The notes below the pieces were generated by a model that saw only the letters and a program-made list of their open reading frames with translations, did no database searches and was not told where the DNA came from. A stretch of 62,999 bases of DNA, filler included, from Corallochytrium limacisporum Hawaii (taxonomy: Eukaryota; Protista; Pluriformea): NCBI GenBank assembly GCA_002811645.1. It is 5 parts of 5 records of this genome, joined end to end, with 100 filler letters (N's around TTAATTAATTAA, not from the genome) between each part and the next. Parts side by side here need not be neighbours in the genome. Positions count along the whole stretch, not along the records: positions 25,636 to 51,798 come from PDIP01000022.1; positions 51,899 to 56,275 come from PDIP01000215.1; positions 56,376 to 62,999 come from PDIP01000154.1; 2 more parts are not named here. One strand, 5' to 3'. This document shows, piece after piece, positions 46,479-60,299 of the stretch. Each line of letters opens with the position of its first letter. Within the stretch, counting starts at the first letter, position 1. The position numbers and the translations under genes are program-made.

Positions 46479-49005
46479 GGTAAACTAAAAGAGTGTCCCT
46501 TCTGCGTCTTAACTGTATGTCTGCACGTGCTCCTTACTTCTAGTGAGCGGGAGATTACATTGCTTGAAACTGACTGTTTTGGCTGTACTTCCCTTCTTTA
46601 ACTGATCGCTGCCGGAGCCATGCACTAAGAGCAATACGCAGACCCACACAGTGAACTCGCTATGGTATCTCCCCACCGATCGTTACGTACCTCTGATGCG
46701 ACAAAACAAAGTCCACATTCGCCACTTCGAGGACAGTGGCAGGGATTCGGACCTTTGACTGCAACGGCCTGTGTTTTGTGAGAAATTAGTAGAGAAGACC
46801 AATGTACGCACTCTCTCTGTCGTTGCCACTTTCTTCCTCCCGATCTTACCTCACCTACTCACACGCAACGGAGTGATCGAGCCAGTCACAGCGCACACCG
46901 CGTAAGGAGGGCCACGGAGAACGTCAACACTCACGATCGCAGGAGATGGGCAGTTGGAGACACCGGGATACGAGACAGTGTGGTCAGTGCGGATCCTGGT
47001 GCCTTTAGTCTCTCCTTCTTCCCTCCTTCTTTCAGCCCCTTGGGCTTTATGCCCAGACCGGCCCCCCCGCCCAATTCCCCACTCCCCCGGCCTCCCTTCC
47101 ACTATACCTCCGCCTGCCCCTCCCCCCTCCCCCAAACCAAACCTCCGGCCAGGTCGGGGATACACACAGCTTCTGGGAGTCCTTGCTGACCACGAAACGG
47201 GCCGGGTTACACCGCGAGGAGACATAAACACACTAATTAGGCCCCTGAAAATCAAAGCCAATCATTTCAATAGGGGCCTATTTATTTGATTACATGCTAC
47301 CGGGCCAATCAGAGAGTTCTGCCGTGACGAGAGCCTGGTCTTGGGCAGAGCCATCCACCACCAAAGACGTCCCAGCACAGTACATTTAGTATACCCCACA
47401 AAAAAAGCCCCTCAGCATACGTGGCCGCTGGCTCCCTTTTTCCAATTATCCCCAAGAGTGTTTACATGGCCAGGTTACGGCCGTCCCTTTATACCCAAAG
47501 TACTGCCCAAAACGGTCCCAGAGTCGACCGGTCAGTTTCCACGCGTTGGTGCTGACCGTTGCAAATTCCAAACGGTTTGCGAACCCGGCTTTCCTTCTGC
47601 AGCACGGTTTAACCCTATACGATTTCCATACCACCGTATCCGGAGAACCCGGGGTCTATTTAACATTTTTTCAATTCGTTCCATGGCCGTCATCACAAAG
47701 TGACCAGGCCTCCTGGGGTGTTCGAATACGTAGACACTAGTGACCCAGCCGAAGTAAAGTTGATGAGACACTCACCTCTACGGTGGCCAATGCACTGGCC
47801 GGTGGAAAAAAACTCTTCGTCTCTTCATATCATCGTCCTGGTGTCTATGACATTCAAGACCTACCAAATTCTTGAGGGCACCTGCTAACCTTGGTATGCC
47901 CGTTGGGCACGCTTTACTTGAAAATGTCAATGTATGCCTCTTCTTACCGATGGTAGTGGCATCGTCGCAGAGTGGCACGAAGGACAAACAGCCAAACACA
48001 GATCTGCAGAAGCCCAAACACAACATGCACAAGACTATCTGATTTTGATGCCTCCTTGACACTGAGATTGGATTGCGGTTCAATGGAATCGATGCCCAGC
48101 CTACTCTTACTCCTATACATACAGAAAACTATAAACACACACACAGACACACACACACGCACACACCCGCGTAACAACACACACCCGTGGCTTGTTGTGC
48201 ACCAATCGGTAACATTGGAGCATTAGTGCACACCGACTTGGTGGTCCGGACGGGATGTGCTAGATGTTGATGTGTTGCTTTCAGCCACAAGTATGCAGAC
48301 CAAAATCCCAACGAAGGGAGTACAACAAGCATATGACCTACTTTCTTCCCCTTAGTGCTACCAAGTTCGTACCAATAGAACGGCGGTACAGGAAACATTA
48401 CTGAGTGTCGGAGAGCGGTGTGTGTATATTCTTGTGTTGGGGTTCATGGCATCGGTGTGCGGGGCGAAAGATGGTTTTGGGGGGAGCGTGGAGGGTAGGA
48501 CCAGGCGGCTCTGTAGCTTCTCTGCACCTCCAGAACACAATAGCACCGACTTCTGGGATCCGGACATGTTATGCGAACCTCTGGGTCTGCAGTGCTTCAG
48601 AGGAATAAGAGTGTAGCGGACTTCGTGAGAATGGGTCTCTTGTTTGTGTCTGGAGTCATTTTGTCGATTCATTGATCTTCGCTCCATTCTCAGAATTGTT
48701 GTCGAGAGAAGTGTGCTGATCCAGCAGATCGCTACACTGGAGTACTGATTGCAGTACCTGTGATCTTTATTTTGATTTCAAGTACTATCAGCGGGCCATC
48801 ACACAACTCACTGGCCTCCGAGTGGATTGTTGTTGTTTGCTGTGCGGGTTCTTCTGCAATCAACAAACGCACACAACACGGAGAGCTGTGGCCGCCTGCA
48901 AATGGTGGTTGCGTGCCCTTTCTTCTTGACTCTCTCCGTTCTGATCGGATTGCCCTGCCAATTCGATCGCTCAAGGTACTTCAAGGACACCACCGACTCT
49001 GATGA

Positions 49006-50719
<1,714 letters not shown>

Positions 50720-51798
50720 AGTGGGGTTTTGCACAACGGAGACATTACTGTCTCACAGCAATCGGTGCCCCCGGACCGGAGAGTACTCGACATCTTAAGA
50801 GCACACGGTGTCAACAACAAACAACACTATTCAAGCTGTGTAATATTACTATCTCTTTCTCTGAATTGAACCGGTGTGCCTCAACAGAACCATCTAAAGC
50901 AACCTTACGCCTCCCTATCCGACGCTAATATATGCGATTGCTGTGTTCATACCTGTTGATAGCTTGGCCCGCTTGCAACTTATGATCAGCGTAAGCGACC
51001 GAGCCAGCGCATCTCCCGGCTGCTCCACGCTGCTGAACCTCTTCATGTTGTGCCCCCGCCTCGACCATCATCCTTCATATCCTTGCATACAGAATCAGTT
51101 CCACCACGTCAATGTCATTGGACATGATCACACAGTTCCTGCCTTGTATGTTCAGCGTCTGCACCATCGGTATTCAAACCACCGGGCTCCTGCCATGCCT
51201 GTCCTATTTCAACGCCATGGTTCGCTTCATCTGGTCCGGTGCGGCCTGGCCCTGGACGGGCCTTCGGTCGGTGTCGACTTGTTCCCGGTAGTCTTCAACT
51301 TTGCATAGTCATCTAGCTCTACGAAACGTGCTCCATATCATCGATCCCAGTGGTAATTTCACGACCACCGAGGCGATAGCGTGAAGGCCCATCGGAAAAT
51401 GGCTGCATACGCTGACGTCCTGCCCTCGTCGATCTCTGGCAAATACCCGGTGGCAAAGTGTAGGACGAGTCCCAATACTCGTCAAGGTTACCAAATGAAT
51501 TATCCTCCTTCGTTTTCCCCCGGCAGCAAGCAAACCCAAGAAGCGGAAGTTTTCCGTTCCTGCCACCCGATGATGATGATGACGATGATGAAGATGAAAA
51601 GCCAACGAAAGTCCCGCAGGCCCACCCTAGCCAGTGCCCTCCTCCTCCCCTCCCCCTTCGGACAGGCCTGGCAATGGGCCCCCACGGCTCCGAGTATTTT
51701 TCTTTCCCTTTTCTTTGGGTCGAATGTGTTCTTTGGGTTTTTACCTTTTTGCCTGGGTCCCCGCCCCCCCCCCCGCGGAGGCCCGCGGCACCGTGCGC

Positions 51799-51898
51799 NN
51801 NNNNNNNNNNNNNNNNNNNNNNNNNNNNNNNNNNNNNNNNNNTTAATTAATTAANNNNNNNNNNNNNNNNNNNNNNNNNNNNNNNNNNNNNNNNNNNN
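51799..51898. other. Artificial contig linker
   Basis: N44-TTAATTAATTAA-N44. Confidence 0.95.
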
Positions 51899-53441
51899 GG
51901 GGGGGGGGGAGTTGGGGGGGTTGACACCCCTGCACCCCTCTCGCTCTCTACTCTCTCTCTCTTTCTCGTCGCTCTCCGGTGCCTTTCTGCCAACCAACCC
52001 CCCGGTGAGGGTGCGGCCGGGAATGTCCCCTACACCAACTTCCGTTTTTTCCCTTGGGTAAAAAGTAGTAAGAACGGCTGAAGCTCGATTTTTTTTAACC
52101 TTCGTTCGCTGCCCTCGCGGGTGCGCGCTCGAGAGCGTGGTGGTGGTAGTACGTGTCGTGCTCTTGCCTTCCGAACCGGTTTTGTTCCACTTTGACCGTC
52201 CCCGCCGCTGGCTCACCGGCCGCCACAACAGGAACGCACGGACGTACGAACGGTACGTTTACTATGCCATTTGTTTCATTGGCATGGAGCCGGAACCGCT
52301 GGGGACAGGCGCACCATGTTTGGTGTGTCGTTGCGAACATGGCGCTGGGTGGAGAGTTGTCGGCGCCGACACATGCTCCCTCCTCCCCCCCCCCCCGGGG
52401 CGGGGGGNNNNNNNNNNNNNNNNNNNNNNNNNNNNNNNNNNNNNNNNNNNNNNNNCCCCCCCCCCCCCCCCCGGGGCGGGGAGGAGGGGGGGCAATGTCC
52501 AAAGTCAGGTGCCCTGCCCTGCCCATTTCTCTTCCCTTTGTGCCCAAATTCTTCATTTCTTTTTTTTGTGTGTGTGTGTGTGTCTGTCCTTTCTATCTTT
52601 CTTTTTTTTTGGTTTTTTTCTTTTTGTTTTCGTGACCGGTTCCCTTTTTTATAATTCTCCTTTGTTTCGGCTCCCGAGGCTCTGCAGCAGTTCCAGAAGG
52701 AGCGGGGGGTTAGGTGGTAGCGAGAGGCGCTCCACCCCCCGGGGCGCTTGCTTGCTTTCTTTCTTTCTTTCTTTCTTTCTCTCTCTCTCTCTCTCGTCTT
52801 TTTCTTTTCTTGGTTTTTCCTGCGCCGCCGAACCCCTCCCCCCAAAGTAGAAATAGAGGCAAGGGGCCCAAAAAGAAAAAGAAAAACCTAACCCTCCCTG
52901 CAACCTTGACTTCCAACACTTTCTTTGCCCTCGTCTCCCAAGTGGGTGTGCCCGGGGCCGGTTGGGTTTTTTTTCCTTGTGGTCCCTGTCACCTGATGGA
53001 AGGGAAGATGAGATGGAACACAGAGATCTTTTTTGATTTTGCCAAGGCAAGGCATGCAAAGGGGGACGGACATATGCGTTTTGACATTTTTATTGTCTTT
53101 GGGTCTTAAGTTGCGAATTTGTCTTTGTGGCATCGACCTTCTCTTTTCTCACCGTGATGTCTTCACTGATCCTGACATTCCGCTTGGTATTTTGGGTTTG
53201 GTGTATCCGCCAGTGGGAGATAAATAGCGTACTCGATGACCAGGTCTGGCACAGGTACGATCAAATCTGTGTCAGGGCACACGCTACCAACAGAGTGTGA
53301 CATTCGATACTGCTTTCTTTAAATCTCTGCTGATTCTGGGTTTCCAAGAATGGAAGCAACATAAACTGTTATGGAGCAGACGTGTGAATGATTTGCCCGC
53401 CAGAGGAATAAATTAACACAAACTGGAAATAAAAGCTAAAC

Positions 53442-54455
53442 ATGTCGGGTCTTGGGTCGGACATTCTCCTTGACGAAAGGATCGACGGGGCAAACGATCC
53501 AGTTGCGCAGCAACGCATGACAGAAGCACGGAGTCGGCGGATCCTTAAGGAGGCATTCGACAAATTGGAGGAACAGTTGAATGAGATCGAGGGAACCCAA
53601 CGGCAACGGTCCAGGGCCGGAATGGCTGAAACGGCGGTCAAGTACATTCGTCAGCAGTCAAAGCTTATAGATGAATTCAATGTAATTCAGAGGCGCGAGG
53701 CAGCGGTTCGGGCGCGGCTGCGAGAGGTGGAGGCCAAGCGTACGGAATTGGCTATGAAGCAGGTCGACAACGTGCCAATTGGTTTCGAGCCTGTTCCCTA
53801 CGGACGGTATGGCTTCGAAGATCAGATCAAGGCCCGGCACACTAAATCTCCGCTTATTCGTAAGTTCCTAGCCCGCGGTAAACCCACAATCCCGGTGCTT
53901 TGCTTCCTACTAGTGGAACGTATTGTCGACGGTGCACACGCAGGAGAGTCTGTTATAAAATACATGAACCCGGAATCACACAAGCTTGTCTTCGACATTG
54001 ACGTGAAGGACTGTGTCGGGAAAAGCTTGGAAGTCCTTAACAAGATTCACAACATGCCGCCGGAGTATGACAGGGTGGGTTTTGCGCACGGATTCAAGAG
54101 TATGGCAATGCTCGGTCGAGGAGTCTACTTCGGCTCGAACCTGGCGCGCAAGAAGGATGGATCGTACATGGCCTTTGATTACTTTGTCAGGCAGTACTCG
54201 TGGAATCCTGTGACCTGTCGTTGTTGTGAGATTGGCCAGGCGTACAACTTTATTCCTTTGACCGACGATGAGGCACAGGAATTTTACGCCGAGCTCATGC
54301 CTGCTCTGTTGCAGGACATTTGGCAGTGGGATCCAACCTTTTATGTTGATTTCAATGCGATGCAGTTGCCGATCCGGGGGAACAAGGAAGAGAAGCAGCA
54401 GGAAAACGAGCCAGCGCACCAGAATCAGCCACAGCCGCAAGGGCAGGGCCCATGA
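53442..54455 (+). CDS. bHLH-zipper transcription factor fused to a single PAS/PAC-like domain
   Basis: QRMTEARSRRILKEAFDKLEEQL...SRAGMAETAVKYIRQQ resembles Max/Myc bHLH; coiled coil follows; then IKYMNPESHKLVF...DCVGKSLEVL...LARKKDGSYMAF (PAS core and RKDG motif). Confidence 0.75.
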   Translation: MSGLGSDILLDERIDGANDPVAQQRMTEARSRRILKEAFDKLEEQLNEIEGTQRQRSRAGMAETAVKYIRQQSKLIDEFNVIQRREAAVRARLREVEAKRTELAMKQVDNVPIGFEPVPYGRYGFEDQIKARHTKSPLIRKFLARGKPTIPVLCFLLVERIVDGAHAGESVIKYMNPESHKLVFDIDVKDCVGKSLEVLNKIHNMPPEYDRVGFAHGFKSMAMLGRGVYFGSNLARKKDGSYMAFDYFVRQYSWNPVTCRCCEIGQAYNFIPLTDDEAQEFYAELMPALLQDIWQWDPTFYVDFNAMQLPIRGNKEEKQQENEPAHQNQPQPQGQGP

Positions 54456-54750
54456 ACAGCATGTAGAAGCAAGCCAGGAGCAAGAACTAGTCCACTACTA
54501 CGAGAAGTACAAAACTACACCGTTATGGTACCGATAAGGATCGAAGGAATAACGCCGCACGGGTGATGCCCAATTGTAGAGTCCAGCATGGAAATTTATG
54601 AGAATATAAGAGGCATTCTTTAATTTCGTTTTACGACTAGGATACCACACGAACTAAGAAATGGTATCAGATATGGATAAGTTCAATTCTGACTACTAAA
54701 CGTCAGGACCATGAATGATGTGCTGGGATTGTGAAGGATGAAAAGACGAT

Positions 54751-55704
54751 TTAGGCGAAAACCGCGGGGACGGCCATAAGCACAAAGCCAATGCACAGAA
54801 GCAGGAAGTTGGTGGTGCGCTCAGACTTGTCACCGTTGAAGTACTCAGCGAAGACGATCACCATAGCCAGGTAAGCGAACGTACCGCCACCGAAAGCACC
54901 GAACATGCCATCAATCCAGGGCAGAATGCTAGTGTCCTCGAGCGCGACCTGCGTGCCGGCACCAATGGCAATGCCCAGCGGAGTGGCCAATGAAAAGACG
55001 ATGGCGAGCTTGTGGTGGAAGTGGCGCTTGAGTCCAGCCTTAATGAACTCACAACCCAGGGCGAAGCCAGCGAATCCCTTGTGGGCGATGATGGCGATCC
55101 AGATGACCAGGGCAGACCGGAAAGTAGAGGCGAGACCAACGGAGGCGCCGGCGAAGATGGAGTGCACGCACAGAATGAGAAGCATAATGTAAGCAATTGG
55201 CTTGTCCTTTTCGTCCGCGTCGGAGTAAGAAGAAGACAAGCTCAGGCCATCGCCCTTCTGGACCTCAGCAACCTCGATAGACTTTCTTTGGGCGACAGTG
55301 GTGATTCCGCCGTTCTCGATATCACAGCACGCTTGAGGGCACTCGTCTTCCTTGGTGTGTTTTTGGAGGAGTTCATCCAGACCCTGGAACAGAACCTTTT
55401 CGAGCAAGAGAATGAACAGAACCATAACACAGAGGAAGAGGAAGGCCAGAGGGAACGCCTTGTTACCTCCCTCGGGGTCAGGGATATAGAAGGTGCGATC
55501 GCTGTACTCGAGGGTGTCGGAGGCTTCGGGAAGCATATGCAGGAAACCAATGGCCAAGAAGACACCTCCACAAAAGGCCTGGGCCCTGGACTGGATTAGT
55601 TTGTTCTCCTTCAGATGAAGGGGAAGAATGGCAGTGCAAACATAACCGAAGATCAGCACGATCAGACTGCCAAGGAGCTTGGCGGCGAAGAGTCCTCCGT
55701 TCAT
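54751..55704 (-). CDS. ZIP (Zrt/Irt-like) metal transporter
   Basis: Multiple TM helices; AFCGGVFLAIGFLHMLPE, HSIFAG, AIIAHKGF, FSLATPLGIAIG, GGTFAY. Likely start MNGGLF at 55704. Confidence 0.93.
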   Translation of the reverse strand: MNGGLFAAKLLGSLIVLIFGYVCTAILPLHLKENKLIQSRAQAFCGGVFLAIGFLHMLPEASDTLEYSDRTFYIPDPEGGNKAFPLAFLFLCVMVLFILLLEKVLFQGLDELLQKHTKEDECPQACCDIENGGITTVAQRKSIEVAEVQKGDGLSLSSSYSDADEKDKPIAYIMLLILCVHSIFAGASVGLASTFRSALVIWIAIIAHKGFAGFALGCEFIKAGLKRHFHHKLAIVFSLATPLGIAIGAGTQVALEDTSILPWIDGMFGAFGGGTFAYLAMVIVFAEYFNGDKSERTTNFLLLCIGFVLMAVPAVFA

Positions 55705-56275
55705 GGTTGTGCTTTTAGTGAGAGACTTACTAGTACGATATCCAACTCTAATACGAGTCTTGAATGTTGTTAGATCTTTGGAAGTATTCAAAGAAGTAAC
55801 TAGGAGTTCTTGCTTGGTCACATGTTCAGCAACCATCTCTGCGGCTCGATCTGTCCCCTTAAATACCTCCCCTGGGATCACAGAATCTCACATGGACACA
55901 AGTTCTGTCTGTTCGCGTATGGTCAAATGTTCTCGCGACCGAACGAAATAAAAATTCAGTTCCCAAAAACTCGTGATGGTGATCAGACCCCCACGCACAA
56001 GAAGGCCACTTCGCACTCCTTTGCTCCGCCTCACAACATTATGGCGATGTTCGAGTTCTGACATTTGATTCGACCTTTCTCCCGTTTTGATCCGCAAGTC
56101 TGGGAACTCTCAGGTGTTGTTAGTGATCGAAAGTGTTACTCTCCCTGTCAACGACACACTGAAATCGCTAACGAACAGACGTGTGACGTTGGACAACGAC
56201 GAACCCTCGGTGAGTGAGAAAAGGCGACGGGCTGTCGTCCGAAAATCTAACCCTCCTTCCTCTCCCCACCCCCCT

Positions 56276-56375
56276 NNNNNNNNNNNNNNNNNNNNNNNNN
56301 NNNNNNNNNNNNNNNNNNNTTAATTAATTAANNNNNNNNNNNNNNNNNNNNNNNNNNNNNNNNNNNNNNNNNNNN
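56276..56375. other. Artificial contig linker
   Basis: N44-TTAATTAATTAA-N44. Confidence 0.95.
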
Positions 56376-56640
56376 ATTCACGCGTCAATCACCAAGAAGT
56401 TCTGACATGAACGCAAACGACTGCGGTTTCTACAGAAAAATTGACACTTCGCTCACCAAGCCGTATGCAGGCTGTCTTGCTTACGCGGTCGAGAACGTAA
56501 GTGTTGGCTGGTATTTGTACAACGGTAACAAGCTAGAGAACATCTTTGATACTGTTTGTCTCAAACTATGAAGTGTATCATCAGGAACGGTGGAGACATG
56601 GCTCCCAGCATGGATCATACGTACAAGGACATGAATAGGA
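56376..56640 (+). mobile_element. C-terminal fragment of a plant-mariner-like transposase (frameshifted)
   Basis: RQSPRSSDMNANDCGFYRKI...KLENIFDT/(fs)QTMKCIIRNGGD..MDH parallels QPPNSPDxNVLDLGFF...LNRVFLTLQ..M..I...GGN...PH. The first 91 bp are identical to 62308-62398. Confidence 0.75.
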
Positions 56641-56729
56641 CACACATGACGAGCTCTTCATGGTTTCTGAATCCGACCTCCAGGTTGCGGCCGTGGTGAT
56701 TCAGGAGCTCAAACACCAAGTTGCCGCCC

Positions 56730-56885
56730 CTGAGCAAAAGAGGACAAAGAACTCAGAAAACTCCCTTGAGCAACAAACTCCCTTGAGCAAAAAACTCCCT
56801 TGAGCAAAAAACTCCCTTGAGCAAAAAAGGACAAAGAACTCAAATAGAAAACTCCCTTGAGCAAGAAAAGGACAAAGAACTCAGG
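56730..56885. repeat. Short interspersed tandem repeats
   Basis: AAACTCCCTTGAGCAA x5 and GGACAAAGAACTCA x3. Confidence 0.85.
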
Positions 56886-57124
56886 TAGAAAGGTACCGTG
56901 CTCGAGGAAAACGAGAAACGTAAAGAGAATCCAGGATTGGCGTCCTGGAAGAGCGAGTCGCTGAGGGTGGGGAGGCACGAGTACGCTTTGGAAACAGATT
57001 TACTGCGAAAGCCGACTTCCGCCGCCGATGGAGGAAAACACAACCCACGTAGCTTGGTTTTTGGCTTGGGGCTTGTTTTTAGCAGACAGCGCAGTGTTTT
57101 AATATACTTCTTTAACCTTAACTT

Positions 57125-57210
57125 GGGTAAATTGGTGTAAATTGATAAATTGTGCTCAAAGGGGTAAATTGGTGTAAATTGATATTGTGCTCAAAGGGTA
57201 AATTGATATT
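57125..57210. repeat. AT-rich tandem repeat
   Basis: GGGTAAATTGGTGTAAATTGAT(AA)ATTGTGCTCAAA x2 plus a partial third copy. Confidence 0.8.
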
Positions 57211-57307
57211 GGTATTTATAGCCAGGGTAAACTGTGTATTTTTGCCCTGAAAAAGTATAGCAGTGGTTTACAAATAAGTTGTATAAAGTGTTTGTGCAAT
57301 AGTCCAA

Positions 57308-57790
57308 GTCACAAGCAATTGTGGTACCAGCCAGGTTTCATCCTGGAAGTAAAGTCACAAACTGCGGTAATAAGTAGTCACAAGCAATTGTGGTGCCATC
57401 CAGGCTTCATCCTTGGGAAGGTGTATGTTACAATGCAGAGGACCAGCGCTTCATCAAGCAATTGTGGTGCCATCCAGGCTTCATCCTNNNNNNNNNNNNN
57501 NNNNNNNNNNNNNNNNNNNNNNNNNNNNNNNNNNNNNNNNNNNNNNNNNNNNNNNNNNNNNNNNNNNNNNNNNNNNNNNNNNNNNNNNNNNNNNNNNNNN
57601 NNNNNNNNNNNNNNNNNNNNNNNNNNNNNNNNNNNNNNNNNNNNNNNNNNNNNNNNNNNNNNNNNNNNNNNNNNNNNNNNNNNNNGCTTCATCAAGCAAT
57701 TGTGGTGCCATCCAGGCTTCATCCTTGGGAAGGTGTATGTTACAATGCAGAGGACCAGCGCTTCATCAAGCAATTGTGGTACCATCCAGA
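57308..57790. repeat. 74-bp tandem repeat array spanning a gap
   Basis: CAAGCAATTGTGGTGCCATCCAGGCTTCATCCTTGGGAAGGTGTATGTTACAATGCAGAGGACCAGCGCTTCAT at 57381 and 57693, partial units at 57455 and 57767, and a diverged unit near 57312. Confidence 0.85.
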
Positions 57791-57919
57791 TGTTACACAT
57801 GCAAGAGTACCAGTGCCACTTGATGCTGGCGAGCAACAGATGAGACGCTGTGTCTTGGATGCGCACCCTTGTCTTGGACGTAGTTTGCAGAACGGATAGG
57901 GCGCAAACCATGGAAGATG

Positions 57920-58688
57920 GTGGGAGCCTGGTCCTATTGCCATGTGGAAGCAATTCTAGGAGACGAGCTGCTTCCGAAAATCAAGCCACAAGCAATAGTG
58001 ACCAACAGTGCCGAGCAACAGAAAAGACTAATGTTTTTTTTTTTAGGTTTTGGAAGGTTGCATGTCTGTACAGTACAAAAACGGACGTTTTGTACCGTAC
58101 AGAGCATGCGACTCTAAGCACAGGTGGCTCTCGTGGCCGGGCGCGCTACAGAGTCAGAACGTTGACGGGCAACAAACTGTTGGACAGCAATTGACGGATC
58201 CGGATCGCCTTAAATACCAATTGTCGCGGTCTCCTGACCTCGATGACGATCTAGACGCGCATATTCACATATCCGTCGCCGGTTTCTCTTACATGAGCGT
58301 ATCGTTCACCCGAAAAAAATCCCCGCAAGTCAGAAGCTTAGCGCGCTCCATGTCCGGTTCCGAAGAATTTCTGTCCCGGATTTGTAATGACCAAGTAATG
58401 GGCATCTCTGTTCCGCTTTCTCAATGACAGAGTGGTCACTGAGCTTTGTGTAGCAGTCAGCGGAGCGAGACTGTCCCAATTGTTCCCTTTCACTTTGCAC
58501 CACTGCATTGTAAGCAAGCTTTTTGGTTGCACGTGAGCTTCCTTTTCTCCCACTCGCCGCCAGTTTTGTTCTGTTTTGTCAGTGACCGAGTGACCAGGTT
58601 GTCCTCACCGGCGGAGCACGGTCATTCCTAACATCCTTTTTACCTCGCAGTCCTGACAACGCAAGCGGGCCCGCGACGATATTCGACC
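57920..58688 (+). repeat. Left arm of a long imperfect inverted repeat
   Basis: Colinear with the reverse complement of 60300-61178, e.g. GACCTCGATGACGATCTAGACGCG, TTTGTAATGACCAAGTAATGGGCATCTCTGTTCCGCT, CAATGACAGAGTGGTCACTGAGCTTTGTGT. Confidence 0.9.
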
Positions 58689-60299
58689 TGAAGTGAGGGA
58701 CACCTCCGCGGCAGGGCGGGGGCTTCCCACCCCCACTCGCCACCTGTTCGAGTGGGGGTTTGAAGACGATCTATTAGCATTTCATTTAATTGATAGTTGA
58801 GACCCTGTCGCTGTGGAGATTGTCGTACCCACTCGTGCTGTGTACGACAGATCGACCCGGCGGATTACGTTAAGGATTGTCCGCACCGGCGATATCGAGA
58901 GTAGAAACAGCGTTACACAAATTCAAAACTTGATTAAAGTTTCGAGATAATGATTCTAAATAGACATCTTTGATGCCCCGTCAAACCACTATTCACCTCA
59001 CCATGTGCAGCAAAATCGGTCATCATGGAAACAAGATCAGGCCACCCTGGTCATGAATTGTGACCTCCTAAGTACCATGGGCCCAAGAACTGGGAAGAAC
59101 AGTCCGAAAGGGGGACACTAGGGAGCGCGGGAGAAGGGCGGGAGGCCAATAAAAGTTCAAAACGACACCTGTGTTTCATTGACTCACACAGATTGCATGA
59201 TCGCTCAAAACACCAAATTTGGGAAATTGCTCTCTGCCGCAGTTTCGCATGGTACTATCCTGCGCAGCGTTACCAACGGTACCAACGTTCCACACTGCGA
59301 AGCAAGCATCACGACACTTCTGACCTACTCCAGGCGAAACAGCCGACTCACTCACCTGTTGTCAAAGGAAGCACTACTTAGAAATCCAATTCCCCTGGCG
59401 GGCGGGGGAAAAAACAGCGGCTGTGACTTGGGGCACCACGGTCATGAAACTTACTCAATATTAAGGGTTGCGGTGGAAGTGAAACCACAAAGTAAACACC
59501 GGTGAAAGTCTGGCAAATCCCAAACTTGCGACCCTCGTGCGCTCGTCATGTGGAGCTGCTTCGAACTGGAAGCCACACCTTCCGCCAAAGGAAAGATTCA
59601 CTTGTATACCGCTGCGACATAGAATATCTTAATGGAATCAAAAGGAATGGATTGGATATACCCAAGCCACGAGTTGCAACGGGGAGACAGACCGTGTTGG
59701 CAGATTCATATTCTACCTCCTTCGAGATCAGCTGGGAGGACATATTGATGAATACTGGGAACTCAGGGACAAAAACGGCCACGGTAAACCAATGGCTCGA
59801 CCCGCCCAACAGAACCGTCGCGAAAGGCAAGGGCGAATATATTACTGCGACGCGCAGGAGAACGTGCCACAAATACACACTCGCAAGTCAGGAAATGGCG
59901 CCTCAAACGAAATCGCCATCAAGGCGTCCAAACAGCGTGCTTCGAAGTAGGTAATGAGAATCAATACCTACCCCTAAACCTAACCCTTAAAATGTTCACA
60001 TTATAGTCTAGTTGTATGTTAAAGTTGCCAACTATCTACGACATAATGGCCCGAATAGCCATTTGGGTATCGAAATCAGGATTTGCGAAACTAACACATT
60101 CTCGAGGCAAGTACAGGTGCGAAATTTTAAATTCGGAACAGGATGGTACCTGTTGCGACAATTTTAACGGTGTTCGGGTCTGGATTAATGAAGCGAGGCA
60201 TAGTAAACACCTGGAGAGGAATCGCCTGAATTTACACCCCCGGGCCTCTCCTCCCCGCCCGGGGACCTCCGGGCCGGCTTTGGGACGCTGGTTTTCTGA

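Noticed and set aside
46725-46775. tRNA-like T-arm on the minus strand (GGTCCGAATCCCTGCCACTGTCC)
   Set aside because: No matching acceptor stem, D-arm or anticodon arm.
47250-48895. CCAAT boxes and a CTGTGGC (Met31/32-like) site upstream of MET17
   Set aside because: Short motifs expected by chance; no conservation data available.
58050-58427. ORF shared by both IR arms (with 60604-61179)
   Set aside because: Arm differences are mainly non-synonymous and include frameshifts; no sign of coding constraint.
59968-59990. Degenerate telomere-like CCCTAAACCTAACCCT
   Set aside because: Too short and imperfect, and internal to the piece.
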